DNA of 64,000 nucleotides from Stegostoma tigrinum (taxonomy: Eukaryota). The stretch lies in NCBI RefSeq assembly GCF_030684315.1, contig NC_081373.1:14783097-14847096 (forward strand). Direction: 5' to 3'. Shown one piece after another: positions 40,381 through 53,719 of the stretch. The notes below the pieces were generated by a model. The model was given only the letters and a program-made list of their open reading frames with translations. It ran no database searches and was not told the origin of the DNA. Position 1 is the stretch's first letter. Each line of letters opens with the position of its first letter. Position numbers and translations under genes: made by a program.

Positions 40381-40483
40381 CAATAATAACCATTTTAATA
40401 ATATTTTCCATGGCAATTATCAGCCAGGGAAAGGATTGCTTATCAATTGACTGGAATTAAACAGATACCCGTTCTGAAAACCC
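40381..40483 (-). pseudogene. BTRC: BTRC pseudo-exon: WD40 repeat 7 (partial, truncated by a repeat)
   Basis: GFSERVSV*FQSIDKQ resembles EHSGRVFRLQFDEFQ, followed by H....ILLKW resembling HDDTILIW. The acceptor is mutated (gtacgg). It is in the correct position after the previous exon. Confidence 0.5.
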
Positions 40484-40944
40484 GTACAAGACAATTCACA
40501 CCCGTGTACGTTCACCCCCTCCCTGCCCTTAGACAGCACCTTCCAAAAATATCACCATTGCCATCGAGGAGGACAAATGCAGCAGATACATGGGGACACC
40601 ACCAGCTGCAAATTTCCCTTCAAACCACTCAGCGTCCAGATTGGGAAAGAGATTGCCATTCCTTCAGTGCCACTTGTCAAAATCGTGGAACTCCCTCACT
40701 AACAATGTGGAGCGTACCTACATCAAATGGACTGCAATGATTCCAGAAGGCTTTTCAAAGGCAATCAGGGATGGGTAAAAATTGATGGCCCAGCCTGTGA
40801 TGCCCACATCCCATGCATGTATAAAACAAACACACACACACACGTCTCTGCTCCTGCCCACTTACTCCTATAGTTACAACTCGCATTTCCTGGTTGCCAC
40901 CCTCCTGTGACCATTCATTCTGCATGGATCCTGTACCTCAGTCT

Positions 40945-41023
40945 CACTGAGCTTCTCAGGCACAGAATTCCAGCAGGAATAGAGGGATCCAATGCTGTCC
41001 ACAAATCCTACATCTTATTGTTT
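40945..41023 (-). pseudogene. BTRC: BTRC pseudo-exon: WD40 repeat 6-7 linker
   Basis: Reads NNKM*DLWTALDPSIPAGILCLRSSV versus [26 protein letters not shown]. TGG has become TAG at 41008-41010, and the acceptor AG is absent. Confidence 0.92.
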
Positions 41024-44000
41024 AAAAATAGGAACAAACCAGAATGAAGGCAGAAAGAGACACAAAGGCTAAAACAAACCAGTGCCTCCCCATTCCCCGA
41101 CCACTGAACCCCAATCATTCATCTGATTGCCTGGCTTCGGGCACATGATGGCAGCTTACAATGTAACAGTTATCGCAATTCAATGGCTCTTCAACTTGCA
41201 AAATGATTTGAGAGATTGAAATGAAGAATATTTATAACCTCAGGATATATTGCATTTAACGAATGAAAGCAAAGTTGCTCGAAAAGCTCAGCAAGTGTGG
41301 CAGCATCTGTGAAAGGATTTCTGTGGAGAGATTCTGAGGAAGGGTCACTGGACCTAAAACTCTGATTTTGTCTTCACAGACGCTGCTGGAGCAGCTGAGC
41401 TTTTTCAGCAACTTCTGTTTTTGTTCCTGATTTACAGCATCCACAGTTCTTTCGCTTTTTATTTTGCATTTAATGAAAACCACATCAGGCAAACTGCATA
41501 CAACAAAATTCCACAGTTAGTTGATAACTGCAGCAATTATATTACCAGCCAATCTATTTTATTGATGTAGATTGATGGGCAAAGACAGTGGACAAAACTA
41601 CCGTGCTCCTCTTCAAATAACAGCCATGGGATCTTCTTAGATCCACCCTAGATGGTAGATGGGATCTTGGTTTAATGAGTCAACTCTGACATGAGTTCGC
41701 CAGCATATCCCGATGCTGTACTTAGGCTCCTGGAGCATATTTTGATCAAGGTGACAATCACTGAGCCAATGCAAAGTATTTTCTTCCATCTCTTCTGTCT
41801 TTTAATACAATTCTCTGGAAGGTGAAAGGTCAGTGCCATTCTAACTCTGTAGCTCAGGTTGAGAACATTTCTAATCCCATTTGGAGACTGAGCGTCATTT
41901 GATTATATTTGACCAATTGTAGCCAAATAGGCCATTCTTTATAGTAAATAAACATCATGTAGTTTACTACAGCGAATAAAGACTGGGGAAATCCAATTGT
42001 TCTCCCATTCCTGAGCTCTCTGTAATTTAGGGCTACACTGGTACATTTATACAATGTGTAGTGCTGTGTGTTCACTTTTCATGGAGCCTTTAAATAGAAT
42101 TCCCTGAACATCTGTAAAGAACATACTTCAACATACATTGATATGATGAGAATGTGGGAACTGATGAAGCCTTGCACTGGCACAGAATGTTGTGTATATG
42201 ACCTCTTTATTGCTGCTAACCTTCACTAATCTTCACAGGCAAGATAAATGCTTCAGAAGAGATGCTGACGCCTGTTCATTACTGTGGAAAATTAGGACGG
42301 TCACAAGCTGAGTTTGCAACGGACCAGTGCGAGACCTGTTGCTAACTTAATGATGTCATAATCAGTTACCTCCTGTTGCTAAACTAATCAGATCTTAGAA
42401 TTGGGCCATGGTTGTTACCCTTGTGATGAATAGGATCCTCCAGCATTGCTTTTCCACCCCCTATTTTTGTTTCCTCTTCCTATGAAGGTGCTAGCCTGAT
42501 CCCATGTTACACTACCATGAATGTGAGCAATTGGCCCACTTCACTGAATCTTACAGCACAGGAGGCCACTCAGCCCACCATGCCTGTACTGACACTGTGA
42601 ACTTGCTACTCAATTATTCCCACCCATCTTTAGTCAGTCCCTTCATTACAACAATGACTACACTTCAAAAGTACTTCATTAGCTGTAAAGATCTTTGGTA
42701 TGTCAAGCTATCATGAAAAGCATTATAAAAATGCAAGGCTTTTGTTGGCAAAACCATGCGAATGTTCTCCTCCTCAAGAATGTAGCTCCTTCATTTTGAA
42801 GATCATTCCTGAATTGACTTCCAATGTCATTTCAGGCAATGTCTTCCAGATCACAACAATTCAGGCACGTGGTGAATGTTGATTTGATTTGTACCATAAA
42901 ATGAAGGTTGGACTGGTTCCTGGCCATTAAGAATTATAGATCCAGGGCAGGTAGCTGGAGTCCAGGCACAGAGCAGCCAATGATCTACCTGAATGATAGA
43001 ACATGCTCCAGGAATTGAATGATCTTCTAAGACTCTGAATGGGACAGAAATTGTACCACACAGGAAGAAAGTGTGAAATAAAGTAAACTACAGCCAGTGT
43101 GAGCGCCTGTTAATTACAATTCCCTTGTGAAAGTCAGGCAGAGATGGAGAGAATCAGAGATGAATTATTTCCCCAGAATGAATGTTGGTTTTATCTGGAC
43201 TTTCCCCTTCTTTGGAGTTTACATAAATCTGGGTGAATGGGAATTGTTAGATTTGGGGTGGGACAGTCTAGATGGTCCAGCTGGCTTTTTCTATTATCCA
43301 ATCATTTCACATGTTCATATATAAAAAAGAAACTTGCATTTCTGTCGTGCCATTTATAACATTAGACTTACCCAAAGTGCTTTACAACTTCTGGAATACT
43401 TTTTAATGGCTACCATTGTTGTAATGTAAGAAATCTGGCTGCCTACATTATAACAATAACCACAGTTCAAAAATACTTCATTAGCTGTAAAGATTTTTGA
43501 TATGCTCAGTGATCATGGAAAGTAAACTCCACAAACAGCAATGAGTTAAATGAACAAGTAATTTGATGTGACACTGTTGTTTGGGGATAAATATTGGTCA
43601 GGACACCAGGGCTGGTTCATCTCTCTGCCGTTATTTGAATAGTGCCATGTCATCTTTCACATCAATCTGAGATGGGCGATGGAGCCTTGGTTTACCATTC
43701 CAGCCAAAAGATGGCACTTCTGACGGTCCAGCACTTTTTCAGTGCACTCAGTACAAGGGTGTCAGCATAAATCATTTGCTTAAGTTGCTAAAACCCTGTG
43801 ACTATGCTTAATTCAGGAAAGATGAGGCCAGTTTTAGGATCAGGATTGATACTTTGGCTGGGAATTGAAACTGTGACTATTTTGGTTTATAGGTGGCAGC
43901 ACTGAGAGATGGGCTGGAGGGAGAGAGTGTGGGATGGACTTACCGAAGGGCAGACTGAGGGGCAGTGGATTGAGGGGTGGGTGTTGAGACAGGTACAAGT

Positions 44001-44095
44001 ACATATTGTAAGTTCAAGAGGTGAAAATGTCTCCCAAGGCTCAGGACACCAAAAGGACTGAAATATCCTGTGGATAACGATGGGTGAGGAGTGAA

Positions 44096-44206
44096 CTTTT
44101 GTTGGCACCACTAACAATTCTGATACTCTCGAAGTAAATGTAGTGCACCAGCTCCTAATGTCCCTCTAGTATCCACAAGCAGGCAACACATCAAATATCC
44201 CACAAC
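44096..44206 (-). pseudogene. BTRC: BTRC pseudo-exon: WD40 repeat 6
   Basis: ctcctAG|g LWDI*CVACLWILEGH*ELVHYIYFESIRIVSGANK versus [36 protein letters not shown], 23/36 identical. TGA at 44191-44193 and TAG at 44155-44157. Length is 111 nt as expected, and the donor GT has become TT. Confidence 0.96.
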
Positions 44207-44957
44207 CTAGGAGGATGAGAATCATCAAGTTAATATTCATCCCTCTGTCACTGAGCATCAATTATCAGGACCTGTGACATCATCTCAGCACCAAAAACCT
44301 AACACTAGCACAATATAGACATATAACTCTGCATTCCTCTGGTTCCTTTCACATATACAGACCCTCCAAAGAACCTGACAACCATCAAAGTAATTTATGA
44401 GGTACAGTGACTGAACTAAAGGATTATAAACTCAGGTGCCAACATAGACATTTCAGATCCCATTAAAGAGTAACAAGATAAATGATCTGAAGTTCTGTTT
44501 TATTGACATTGACAAAGGGATAAATAGTGACTAGAACACCGATGAGAACCTCCCTGATCTTCTAAAGTGGCAATAGAATCTTTTACATCCATCTGATTGG
44601 CCTTAGTTTCATACCGCATCTGTGGGGTAGTGACACCAGCACCCCCATAGTGCCATTAATTTAGCCTGAGTTGAAATCTCTGGGGAGTGAAATATGCCCA
44701 TGATCTCCTACTCTGAAGTGATAGAATCCTCTGCTGAACTGTATCTGGATTAAATACTAATATACCACTATCGCCTTTGATGTCAGTGCTAGTTCAGACT
44801 GGAGGGCATGTAATCATATTGCAGAAAATGCTACAATTTCATGACCAAACCTATTTTGCTAAACTGACATGTGGACTTCTATTCAGACAAGTATTGCAAT
44901 CACGCAGCATAATAGACACAGATTGCTTCGGTCAACAGGGAAGTGATGGAGAGATAC

Positions 44958-45075
44958 CGGATGGTGTTGTCTGCTAGCCACTGATAACCAGTCTGTCTCA
45001 ATATTGTAAACAAGTAATCCAACATTTGAACCTATTAAACCTTGGTACAAATTCACAAGTGTTTGTGTTCCACAT
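44958..45075 (-). pseudogene. BTRC: BTRC pseudo-exon: WD40 repeat 5
   Basis: ttctAG|MWNTNTCEFVPRFNRFKCWITCLQY*DRLVISG(fs)ADNTIR|GTATCT versus [40 protein letters not shown], 26/40 identical by eye. TGA at 44998-45000; the 118-nt length implies a 1-nt deletion. Confidence 0.95.
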
Positions 45076-45139
45076 CTAGAATCAATTGGAAGCAGAGAAA
45101 GGGTTTTATTTATTCTCCACCAGTACACAATGTGCAAAC

Positions 45140-46100
45140 AAGTGATGTGGGGAAATGTGAGGTTATGCACTTTGGCAGTAAGAATAAAGAAGTTGAATAC
45201 TATCTTACTGCAGAAAAGCTACAGAAAGCTACTGAACAGAGTGATTTGTAAGGCCTTGTTCATGAATTACAAAAGGCTTGCATCCACATTCAGCGGGAAA
45301 ACTAAGTAGAATGTTGGCCTGTATTTCAAAGGGAATAGAGTATAAAACTGGGGAGATAAAACAAGGAATTGCAGATACTGAAGATCTGAAACAAAAAATC
45401 AGAAAGTGCTTAAGACAGAAACTGCTTTCTCTCCACAGATGCTGCCAAACCTGCTGAGTTTCTCTGGCAATATCTGTTTTTGATAAAAGTAGAGAGGTTT
45501 TATTAAACCTACACATAGCACCAGTCAGATCACAGCTGGAATACTATGAACAGTTTTGGGACCCTTATCTAAGGAAAGATGTACTGGTATTGGAAACTGT
45601 CTAGAGAAGGTTCACTAGGCCTTCACCTAGTGTGGAGAAGTTGTGTAGACTGGACCTGTATTCATTGGAATATAGAAGAATGAGATACAACCTTATTGAA
45701 ACATACAAGGTTCTTAGAGACGTGACACGGTAAATGGGGAGAAGGTATTTCCTCTATGCCAAAGGGCATAATCTCAGAATAAAGCATTGCATAATTGAGG
45801 CACAGATGAGGATGAATTTCTTCTCTCAGAAGGTTGTGAGGCTTTGAGATTATTAAAAGTGGAGTTGAAGATCATCGGGTCAGCCATAAATAAGAGATAA
45901 CACAGTGTCGAGCTGGAGGAGTAAAGCAGCCTGATGCTGCCTGGCCTGCTGTGGTCCTCCAGCTCTGTGCTGTGTTATCTCTGACTCCGGCATCCGCAGT
46001 TCTTACTATCCATCAGATCAGCCATGATCTCATAGAATGGGGAAGCAGACTCAATGTGTTCAATGACCTACTTCTGCTCCCATGACTTATGTTTATGGCC
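45140..46100 (+). mobile_element. CR1-type LINE 3' fragment with two nested Penelope-derived inserts
   Basis: KCEVMHFGSKN...QLEYYEQFW, with inserts at about 45355-45480 and 45890-46010. Confidence 0.75.
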
Positions 46101-46164
46101 CAGTAAATTGCAAGCTACTCCTTCAGAGATCATTCAGTTAGCCTGGAGTCAGTAACAGGCTGTA

Positions 46165-46835
46165 ATATAATTGAAGAATTTGGGAGGAATTTATGTATGG
46201 AATAACAGAATCCCAGGAGTAAGATACGTACTGGAATCTAATTGAGAGGCTTGGCGTATTTTATGTATAGACTATCATATAGATTAGATCCAAGATTCCT
46301 GGGAGTGAATTACAGACTGGAATTTAATTGAGGCATGGGGTTGGGATGTGGGGAATGGAGTAATACATAGATTAACATACACCTGGGAGTGAGTTAGAAC
46401 TGGAATCTAGCTGATGGGTTCAGGGTGGTTTATGTATAGAATAACTGATACCTGGGAGTGAGTTTAGATTAGATTAGATTCCCTACAGTGTGGAAACAGG
46501 CCCTTCGGCCCAACAAGTCCACACTGTCCCTTGGAACATCCCACCTAGACCCATTCCCCCTATAACCCGCACACCCCTGAACACTATGGACAATTTAGCA
46601 TGACCAATCCACCTAGCCTGCACATCTTTGGACTGTGGGAGGAAACCGGAGCACCCGGAGGAAACCCACGCAGACATGGGGAGAATGTGCAAACTCCGCA
46701 CAGCCAGTTACCTGAGGCTGGAATTGAACCCAGGTCCCTGATGCTGTGAAGCTGCAGTGCTAACCGCTGAGCTACTGTGCCGCCCCACAGACTGGAATCT
46801 AATTGAGGGGTTCAGGGTTTGTTTGTTAGAATAAC
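46165..46835. repeat. ~70-bp tandem repeat (cctgggagtgagttacagactggaatctaattgagg...) split by a SINE
   Basis: About 5 degenerate units. Confidence 0.75.
46465..46786 (-). mobile_element. HE1-type SINE with (TCTAA)n tail, inserted in a tandem repeat
   Basis: Reverse-complement copy with a tagattagattagatt tail. It interrupts a satellite unit (gagtgagtt...acagactggaatct). Confidence 0.88.
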
Positions 46836-49800
46836 ATACAAGAAAGTGAGATGCAGACATGGATGCACTGATGAATTAAGATAATCGATGCATAGAAAAC
46901 CTGAGCTTTACTGGTGCATTGCAGACAGGAAGCCAATAGAGGGGTTTTGGGGTTTATTTGAAAATCTGAAGTTTGATTGTAGGATTTCAATGGATGGTTT
47001 TGTTGTACTCTATTGTACTCCAGCAGCAAAATCTGAGCAGTCAATTACTGCCTTGCGGGATTGAACCTGTGGTCTAGAAGACGTATTAGCTTGGTATAGC
47101 TTACAGTGTGGATTATCTGGTCTGAAATCCTCATGTTCCCTTGACAGAAACTGTTAATAAACAAGCTGCCCATCACTTCCATCCAGGTTCTTTCATGAGT
47201 AAATGTGTGTGTACTCAATGGCCCAAGATCACACAGAGTCACTGTGTGTGTGCTTGTGGGAAGCTAGTCACTGGTAAACTGTGTAGTATAAATTACATAG
47301 ATTGAACGTAAAGAGAGGGGGCTCATTATAGTAGAGAATGTAGTAATCCTCTGAAGGATAATGAGGCTAATGAGACCATTCGCAAATTTCACCCTCCGGA
47401 ACAGAACCTGCAGAGCTAGCTGTCATTAACCCAATAAAGACATAAAGGAAACCTGCCACAAAGTAAAAAAAAATACACCTTATAAAGACAGACTCAGCAA
47501 CAGCACAGAGATGGAGCAAAGTCCTCTTATTAAATTGAAGGATTGTATGTGAAAATATGTTTTGGGGGATTCACAATGGTCCATTGCTTATTTACAGCTG
47601 GGCTGCACTTAGAGACATGCTGATATGGAGAGATGAAGATTATGGAAGGTTTGAGAATCTGATGGGATTGAGTGTATAGTGCAGTGAGGGACATCGTGGG
47701 TGGGTGAGTTGAGTATTTGAGTTGAGTTGTTGAGCTGATTAGAATTTTCCCGGCTTTTAAAATTATTTGACAGAAGTTAGAATTATTCCTGTTCACTCAC
47801 AGCCTAGCCCTGCCTAGTGAAATCCCAGAGGCTGGTGATCACATGTGTTCTCCTGTCTACTTTAGGCCCATGTTCCACTGAACTTTCATTGAGACATTCC
47901 AACATTGGAAATTATTCCTGTTTATTTTTAATATTCTATCCCTGGAAGGTGACACAACGTTCTTTGTCTATCATGATTTTATTTGTTCATGGGATGAGGA
48001 TGTTGCAGAATAGACCAGCATTTGTTGCCTATCCCTAATTGCCCAGATGATAGTTAAGAGGCAACCACATTGATGGAGTCACATGTAAATCAGATCAGGT
48101 AAGAATGGCAGATTTCCTTCCCTGAGCACATTAGTGAACAGATGGGCTTTTATAACAATCAGCAGTGGTTACATGGCTGCCATTAGACTAGTTTCTTTAT
48201 TTCAAAGACACCAGCTGCCATGGTGGGATTTGAACCCAGGTTATCAGAGCATTTTGCTAGTCTGGTGATGTTACCACTATGCTATCCACCTCTTTGAGGC
48301 TGCATTGATTGTTGCCTAATGGCACATCAGCGCCCTCCTCAGGATGATGATGTTGTTGGGCAAGATCAGTGTCCAGGCAGCTACGGTGTGGTCCTTGGAC
48401 TAGTGGGCATTATTCCATTGCTGAATCGCTTTTGGGGAACAGCCTCATGATGTTGAATCAGTGTATTGTGTATCTCACATGTGAATTCATCCCATATCCC
48501 ACACACTTGCAAAATTAATCAGCAACAACTCTGGGCTCTTCTGGAAAACCAACGACCACTCACCCCCCAACACCATCCTCAGTTTGGCAGACTTGATAAT
48601 AACAACACTGGCTGATATCAAGCACCTTGCTTCCAATCCACCCTACCTTCCTCCCACATCCTTTAATTCCATCGCCTCAATTCCCTCAACCTCACTTGCC
48701 CACCTTCTCATCATAATTGTGAACATACCTACCCATCATTTCTAAAACGCCCTCAAACTGACCTTCGCCCCAGCACATCCCAGAATAACACCTGAGAAGG
48801 CCACTTGGACCTCAACACTATTCAGAGTCCCCATCTGTAAGACTCTGGGCATGGACAAGATTGACTGTTCAGCTGATCCCAGAACCAACAGCTTGTGTGC
48901 AAAATGTCTTTAGCTACAGACCGATATTTCGACAATCTGCAAATAGTTACCCCTCCTGAATTTAACTGTTGCTCAGCCAAAATCCTAAGATAAGGCTCTG
49001 CAACTATTTTGTATTTGTTAACTAGTTTGAAGGTTGTTGTGATAAATGTATAATATTAATGAACATAATACATTAATTATGATGCATTATTCATATTTTT
49101 GGAATTTGAATTTTTTTAAAAAAAGAGGAATGTGGATTTTGGTTAGTCCTGTGAAGATTTTTTTAAAAATTCAGGATGTGTTCTGAATACATCAGTTGAA
49201 TACAACCAGTTGTCCATCAGACTCCTGCAGTATTAATGGATAAAGTGGGTTGAAGCATACACTTTTGCTAAGGCAAAGTTACACTGTCTTTTTCACAATG
49301 AGGCCAGTTGAGATTTCTCACCATATCCTACCAGTTTACCATTTTTTCCAACCCTGCTCATGGCCTCTCTCACATTCAATTCTGGCCCCATTTTATTACA
49401 CAGCATTCCCAGAATAACTTGCCACACAGCCAATATCCCAGAATGCATCGGGCATCCTTGCTTTCTTTAAACGCCCATTGTTACCTGTTCAAGCACTGTC
49501 AGTGTGGAGCTGCCCTGCACACTTCCTGACATTTGCCTGGGTATAGCAGACAGGGGCAAATGGTTGCCCAACTTTGTGGGCAGAGACTTGGACTTGGGGT
49601 GGTGAAGAGTAGGACTTCCCATTCCCCAGGACCAGTGATGGCGACAATGTCACCAGAGCTTGCCAACATGGTTTGAGATTGCCACTCAGTTTAGTGTTAG
49701 TAGGAATATACAGAAACATAAGTCAATATTCTTCACAATCTGCCAGTGTAAGTGTCACCATTTTCTCTATGAAAACTCACACTATGTCTGCTCCTGTATC

Positions 49801-50444
49801 CCACCTCTTACCAAGTATTATGCTCCACATCTCTCACTGTTGCCTGCAACACTTTTAGGCACTCACTCTCATCCACCCCCACCCGTAACACCATTAAGTC
49901 TCCGTGCCTTTTGCCCTACCTACTCGGTCACTCAGGACAACTCCCCACCTGCATCAAAAATAATAAACCATTCCACCTACTTTCAACTTCCTTTATATCT
50001 GCATCTCTCTTATTCTGGAGGAAAACAGCTCACAATAGGGCAGAAACAAGCAAGATAGGTGCTGGGCAGCCTGACGATTGGCTCCTCACCCCTCATGTGA
50101 GGGAGAACATCCTGCCTATGGCTGCTCCAAGTGGCTGACTTGTTTCCAGACCCCTGGACTGGTATTGGAGGATGCCCCTGAGTTACTGTACCAGGGCCCT
50201 CTGACCGAAGAGCAGTCTTCGATTGACTGAGAACTGTAGACAACCACGACAAACTTCTTGGCTTTGTGTCTGCATTAAATGTCAAGGCAAGGCTGGGGTA
50301 TTATGAACCTCATATCACTGGCTGAGAGGGCCAAAAAGGGCAAAAGAAAATCTTGTGAATATCCAGGGAAGCCCAGAGTGAACATATGCTATGAAAGTGT
50401 GTAAAGTAACTGGAAATGGAGCCTGGTCCAGTTGCTGAGATAGA

Positions 50445-51515
50445 TACTTATAGAGTTGTACAACATGAAAACACAACCTTTGGCCCAACTCGTCCATGCT
50501 GAACAGACTGACCTAGTCCCAGTTGCCAGCATTTGGCCCATATCCTTTAAACCTTTGCTATTCGTGTACCCATCCAGATGACTTGTGAATGTTGTAATTG
50601 TACAAACTTCCACACTTCTACCAGCAGCTCATTCCACCCTCTGCACAAAAAAATTACCCCTCAAGCCCTTGTTAAATCTTTCCCCTCTCACCCTGAACCT
50701 ATGCCCTCTTGTTTTGGACTCCCTAACCTTGGGGAAAATGTTTCACCCTATCCATGCCCCTCATGATTTTGTGAGTATCTTTAAGGCCACCCTTCAGTTT
50801 TTGAAGCTCCAGAGGAAAAAGCCCCAGTATATTCAGCCTCTATCTTTAGCTCAAATCCTCCAGTCCTGGCAACATCCTTGTAAATCTTTTCTGCACTCTC
50901 TGAAGTTTAACAACATCCTTCCTATAGAAGGACAAGCAGAATTGTACACAGTATTCAAAAAGTGGCCTCAACAATGCCCTGTACAACCTCAAGAGTACAC
51001 CCCAACTCCTATACTCAATGTTCTGACCAATGAAGGCAAGCGTGCTAAACACCTTCTTCACCACCCTGTCTACTTTCAAGGAACTATGCACCTAACTCCT
51101 AACTCTCTCTGTTCTACAACACACTCCAGGGCCCTACCATTATGTACATAAGTCCTGTCCTGGTTTGCTTTAGCAAAATGCAACACCTCGCATTTATCTA
51201 AATTAAACTCCCATCTGTTACCCCTTAGCCCATTGGCCCATTTAATCAAGGTACTATTGTATTCTGAGATAATCTTCTTCACTGTCCATCACACCTCCAA
51301 TTTTGCTGCATCCGCAAACTTACTAACCATGCCTCTTATATTCATATCCAAATCATTTATAGAAATGACGAAAAGCAATGGACCCAACACCGATCCTTGT
51401 GGCACACCACTGGTCACAGAGCCTCCAGTCTGACAAGCAGGCTTCTAACACCACTCTCTGACCCAACCTTCAAACCAATTTTGTAGCCAATTGGTTTGCT
51501 CCCCCTGGATCCCAT
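50445..51515 (-). mobile_element. CR1-type LINE RT/3' fragment
   Basis: WEFNLDKCEVLHF and LLRLYRALLRPLFEYCVQF. Confidence 0.85.
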
Positions 51516-52899
51516 GGTTAAATGTCCCTGGTGCCTGTGGAGTGCCCTGAGATGTTGGTGTTGAGTCCAACATGGAAGTCATCTAGACTAAGCCGCAAAC
51601 TGAATTCGTCAAGTACTGCTCTAGTTACCATCTTGAGACTTCTCAATCTCTAGCTTAAGATAACAAAGTGTGGAGCTGGATGAACACAGCAGGCCAAGCA
51701 GCATCTCAGGAGCACAAAAGCAGACGTTTCGGGCCTAGACCCTTCAATCTCTAGCTTGTTTGACTGGTTTGGTAAGTTAGAAAGCTGAATGTTAATGGGC
51801 AAGTTGTGCTGTCAACAAGGCTTTTCGCCTACAATAATCTCCCTTAATTGGTGATTTGCTGCTGCCTGGCAAAAAACTCACAACACCGTTTGTGAAAAGG
51901 ATAAAAGATGAAATGAGATGCTCCTGATGTCAACCTCAGTCTCATTGGACTTGTTGCCTAATTCTGCCACAAATGATAGATTGAGTAAACCCATTTACAT
52001 AATTAATTTAGTTTAGACTTTAGAATAGAATGTTCAAGGTCTCGGTTCAGAACAATGCAGAGTTCACTTCAGAAGAGGACAGCTTTTCTCTGAGGAGGAG
52101 AATCTAGCTTTTCAGTTCAGTTAAAGGGAACCAGTCATCTCAGCAGAAGTGACTTCTAGTTTGTGAAGCTTCCAAGCCAGCAGAATTTGGGTAGAAATCT
52201 TTTAGGTTATTGTAACTGAAAATGTTTAGGACATCAGAATTGTGAGAGATTCATGCCAACAGGAATCATATAAAAACCAGTCTCAGTGGTCCAAGGGAAA
52301 GAAACTGGAAAGTTTGTTTTGCATAATAAGCTAAAGCCTCGCTGCCAAAGAACATTAGCAGCCAGTGTGGCTATGTCTTAGTGAATGATCACAATGATAA
52401 CCAGCTGCAAAAATGATCGAAGAACTAGCTTTAATTCTAGGATCTGGCATGACCTGTATTCTCATTGGCTGTGCTGCTAATGCTGTGTATGTATTATTTT
52501 TCAAGAAGAGTTGTTACACAGTTTAATCCCTTTCTTATTAAACTTTGCATCTTTTTTGAATAAGTTTTGTTTGCAACAAACTAGCCATTTCCTGGTTACT
52601 GAACGAACTACTGACCTGTTTATGATAGTGAGTTACATACAGTTTTACACCATATATGCATATGACAAACGTGTTTTATATATATGTTTTTAAAATCTGG
52701 CGATACCTAAATTCAGACATTGTTATGAACAGTGGAGAAGTGGGACAAGAAAATGAACCGGTTTATCCTTCCTAACCCAGTCATAATCTGCCTTTTCAGA
52801 AGCACTACATTTAGTCCCATATACTGAATCATTCCCCAAAGATGCGCGATTAGTTCCTGTTCAAGAATTTACCCAATTCCTTTTTGAAATTTACTCTTG

Positions 52900-53097
52900 A
52901 ATCTGCTAGTGTTACTTTTTCAGTTCTTCTGGCCATCAACACTCCTACCAGTGGGAGCAGGTTCTCCAAGGTATTTAATCTATTATCTTTTTTAAAGTAA
53001 ACGACTTTGCAATCGTACATTAGAGGACAATTATCTGAACAATGGCTCATGCATTACAGTCAGTGACTCTCACCTCCGACTATTTACTGCTCCAAAC
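52900..53097 (-). pseudogene. BTRC: BTRC pseudo-exon: WD40 repeats 3-4 (decayed; 3' part replaced by CR1-like sequence)
   Basis: tctttctgcAG|VWSSK*SEVRVT versus VWDVNTGEMLNT. Later GVLMARRTEKVTLADS resembles RVLVGHRAAVNVVDF. Multiple stops and frameshifts. Confidence 0.6.
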
Positions 53098-53138
53098 CTG
53101 CAGAAAGAGTTCCTCAGCTGACTCCCTCCTACTGGAGT

Positions 53139-53493
53139 CAGTGATAATGGGAACTGCAGATGCTGAAGAATCCAAGATAATGAAATGTGAGGCTGGATGC
53201 ACACAGCAGGCCCAGCAGCATCTCAGGAGCACAAAAGCTGACGTTTCGGGCCTAGACCCTTCATCAGAGAGGGGGATGGGGTGAGGGTTCTGGAATAAAT
53301 AGGGAGAGAGGGGGAGGCGGACCTATCTTCTTTTCTCTCCATCTTCGGTCCACCTCCCCCTCTCTCCCTATTTATTCCAGAACCTTCACCCCATCCCCCT
53401 CTCTGGTGAAGGGTCTAGGCCCAAAACGTCAACTTTTGTGCTCCTGAGATGCTGCTGGGCCTGCTGTGTTCATCCAGCCTCACATTTCATTAT
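53139..53493. mobile_element. Short palindromic Penelope-derived element with 17-bp TSD
   Basis: Inverted arms; TSD ctccct(c/t)ctactggagt at 53122-53138 and 53494-53510. Confidence 0.85.
53240..53267 (-). ncRNA. Minimal hammerhead ribozyme motif
   Basis: The reverse complement reads CTGATGAAGGGTCTAGGCCCGAAACGTC, within element 53139-53493. Confidence 0.6.
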
Positions 53494-53580
53494 CTCCCTT
53501 CTACTGGAGTTTACATTTCTTGCCTGGTGTGAATTGCCTGGACTTTGAGATTTGGATGAAGGAACTGATCATCGGAACAC

Positions 53581-53706
53581 CCAGAATTGTGAATTGGTAA
53601 CCTGAGATTTCCTTAAATTACCAGGAGCAGGGATCTGAACATGACAGGTGGTCCTAGAGACTCTGGATAACAAAACCATTAGACATTTCTGGATTATAGC
53701 CTCTAG
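53581..53706 (-). pseudogene. BTRC: BTRC pseudo-exon: WD40 repeat 2 (heavily decayed)
   Basis: aaacAG|LEAIIQKCLMVL resembles IWDKNTLECKRIL. The codons gac cac ... tgt tca gat ccc tgc resemble GH..GSVLC. It is 126 nt long versus about 119 expected, and in the correct position. Confidence 0.5.
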
Positions 53707-53719
53707 CTGTTTGACAAGC

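Noticed and set aside
49560-49658. LW(t)DI-like start resembling the BTRC LWDIEC exon
   Set aside because: The real exon is at 44096-44206; this one has no extended similarity and a poor acceptor.
50090-50233. AG/GT-bounded minus-strand segment containing RGILQYQSR, resembling BTRC [11 protein letters not shown]
   Set aside because: The true WD5 exon remnant is at 44958-45075 with far higher identity; this is most likely a chance match.
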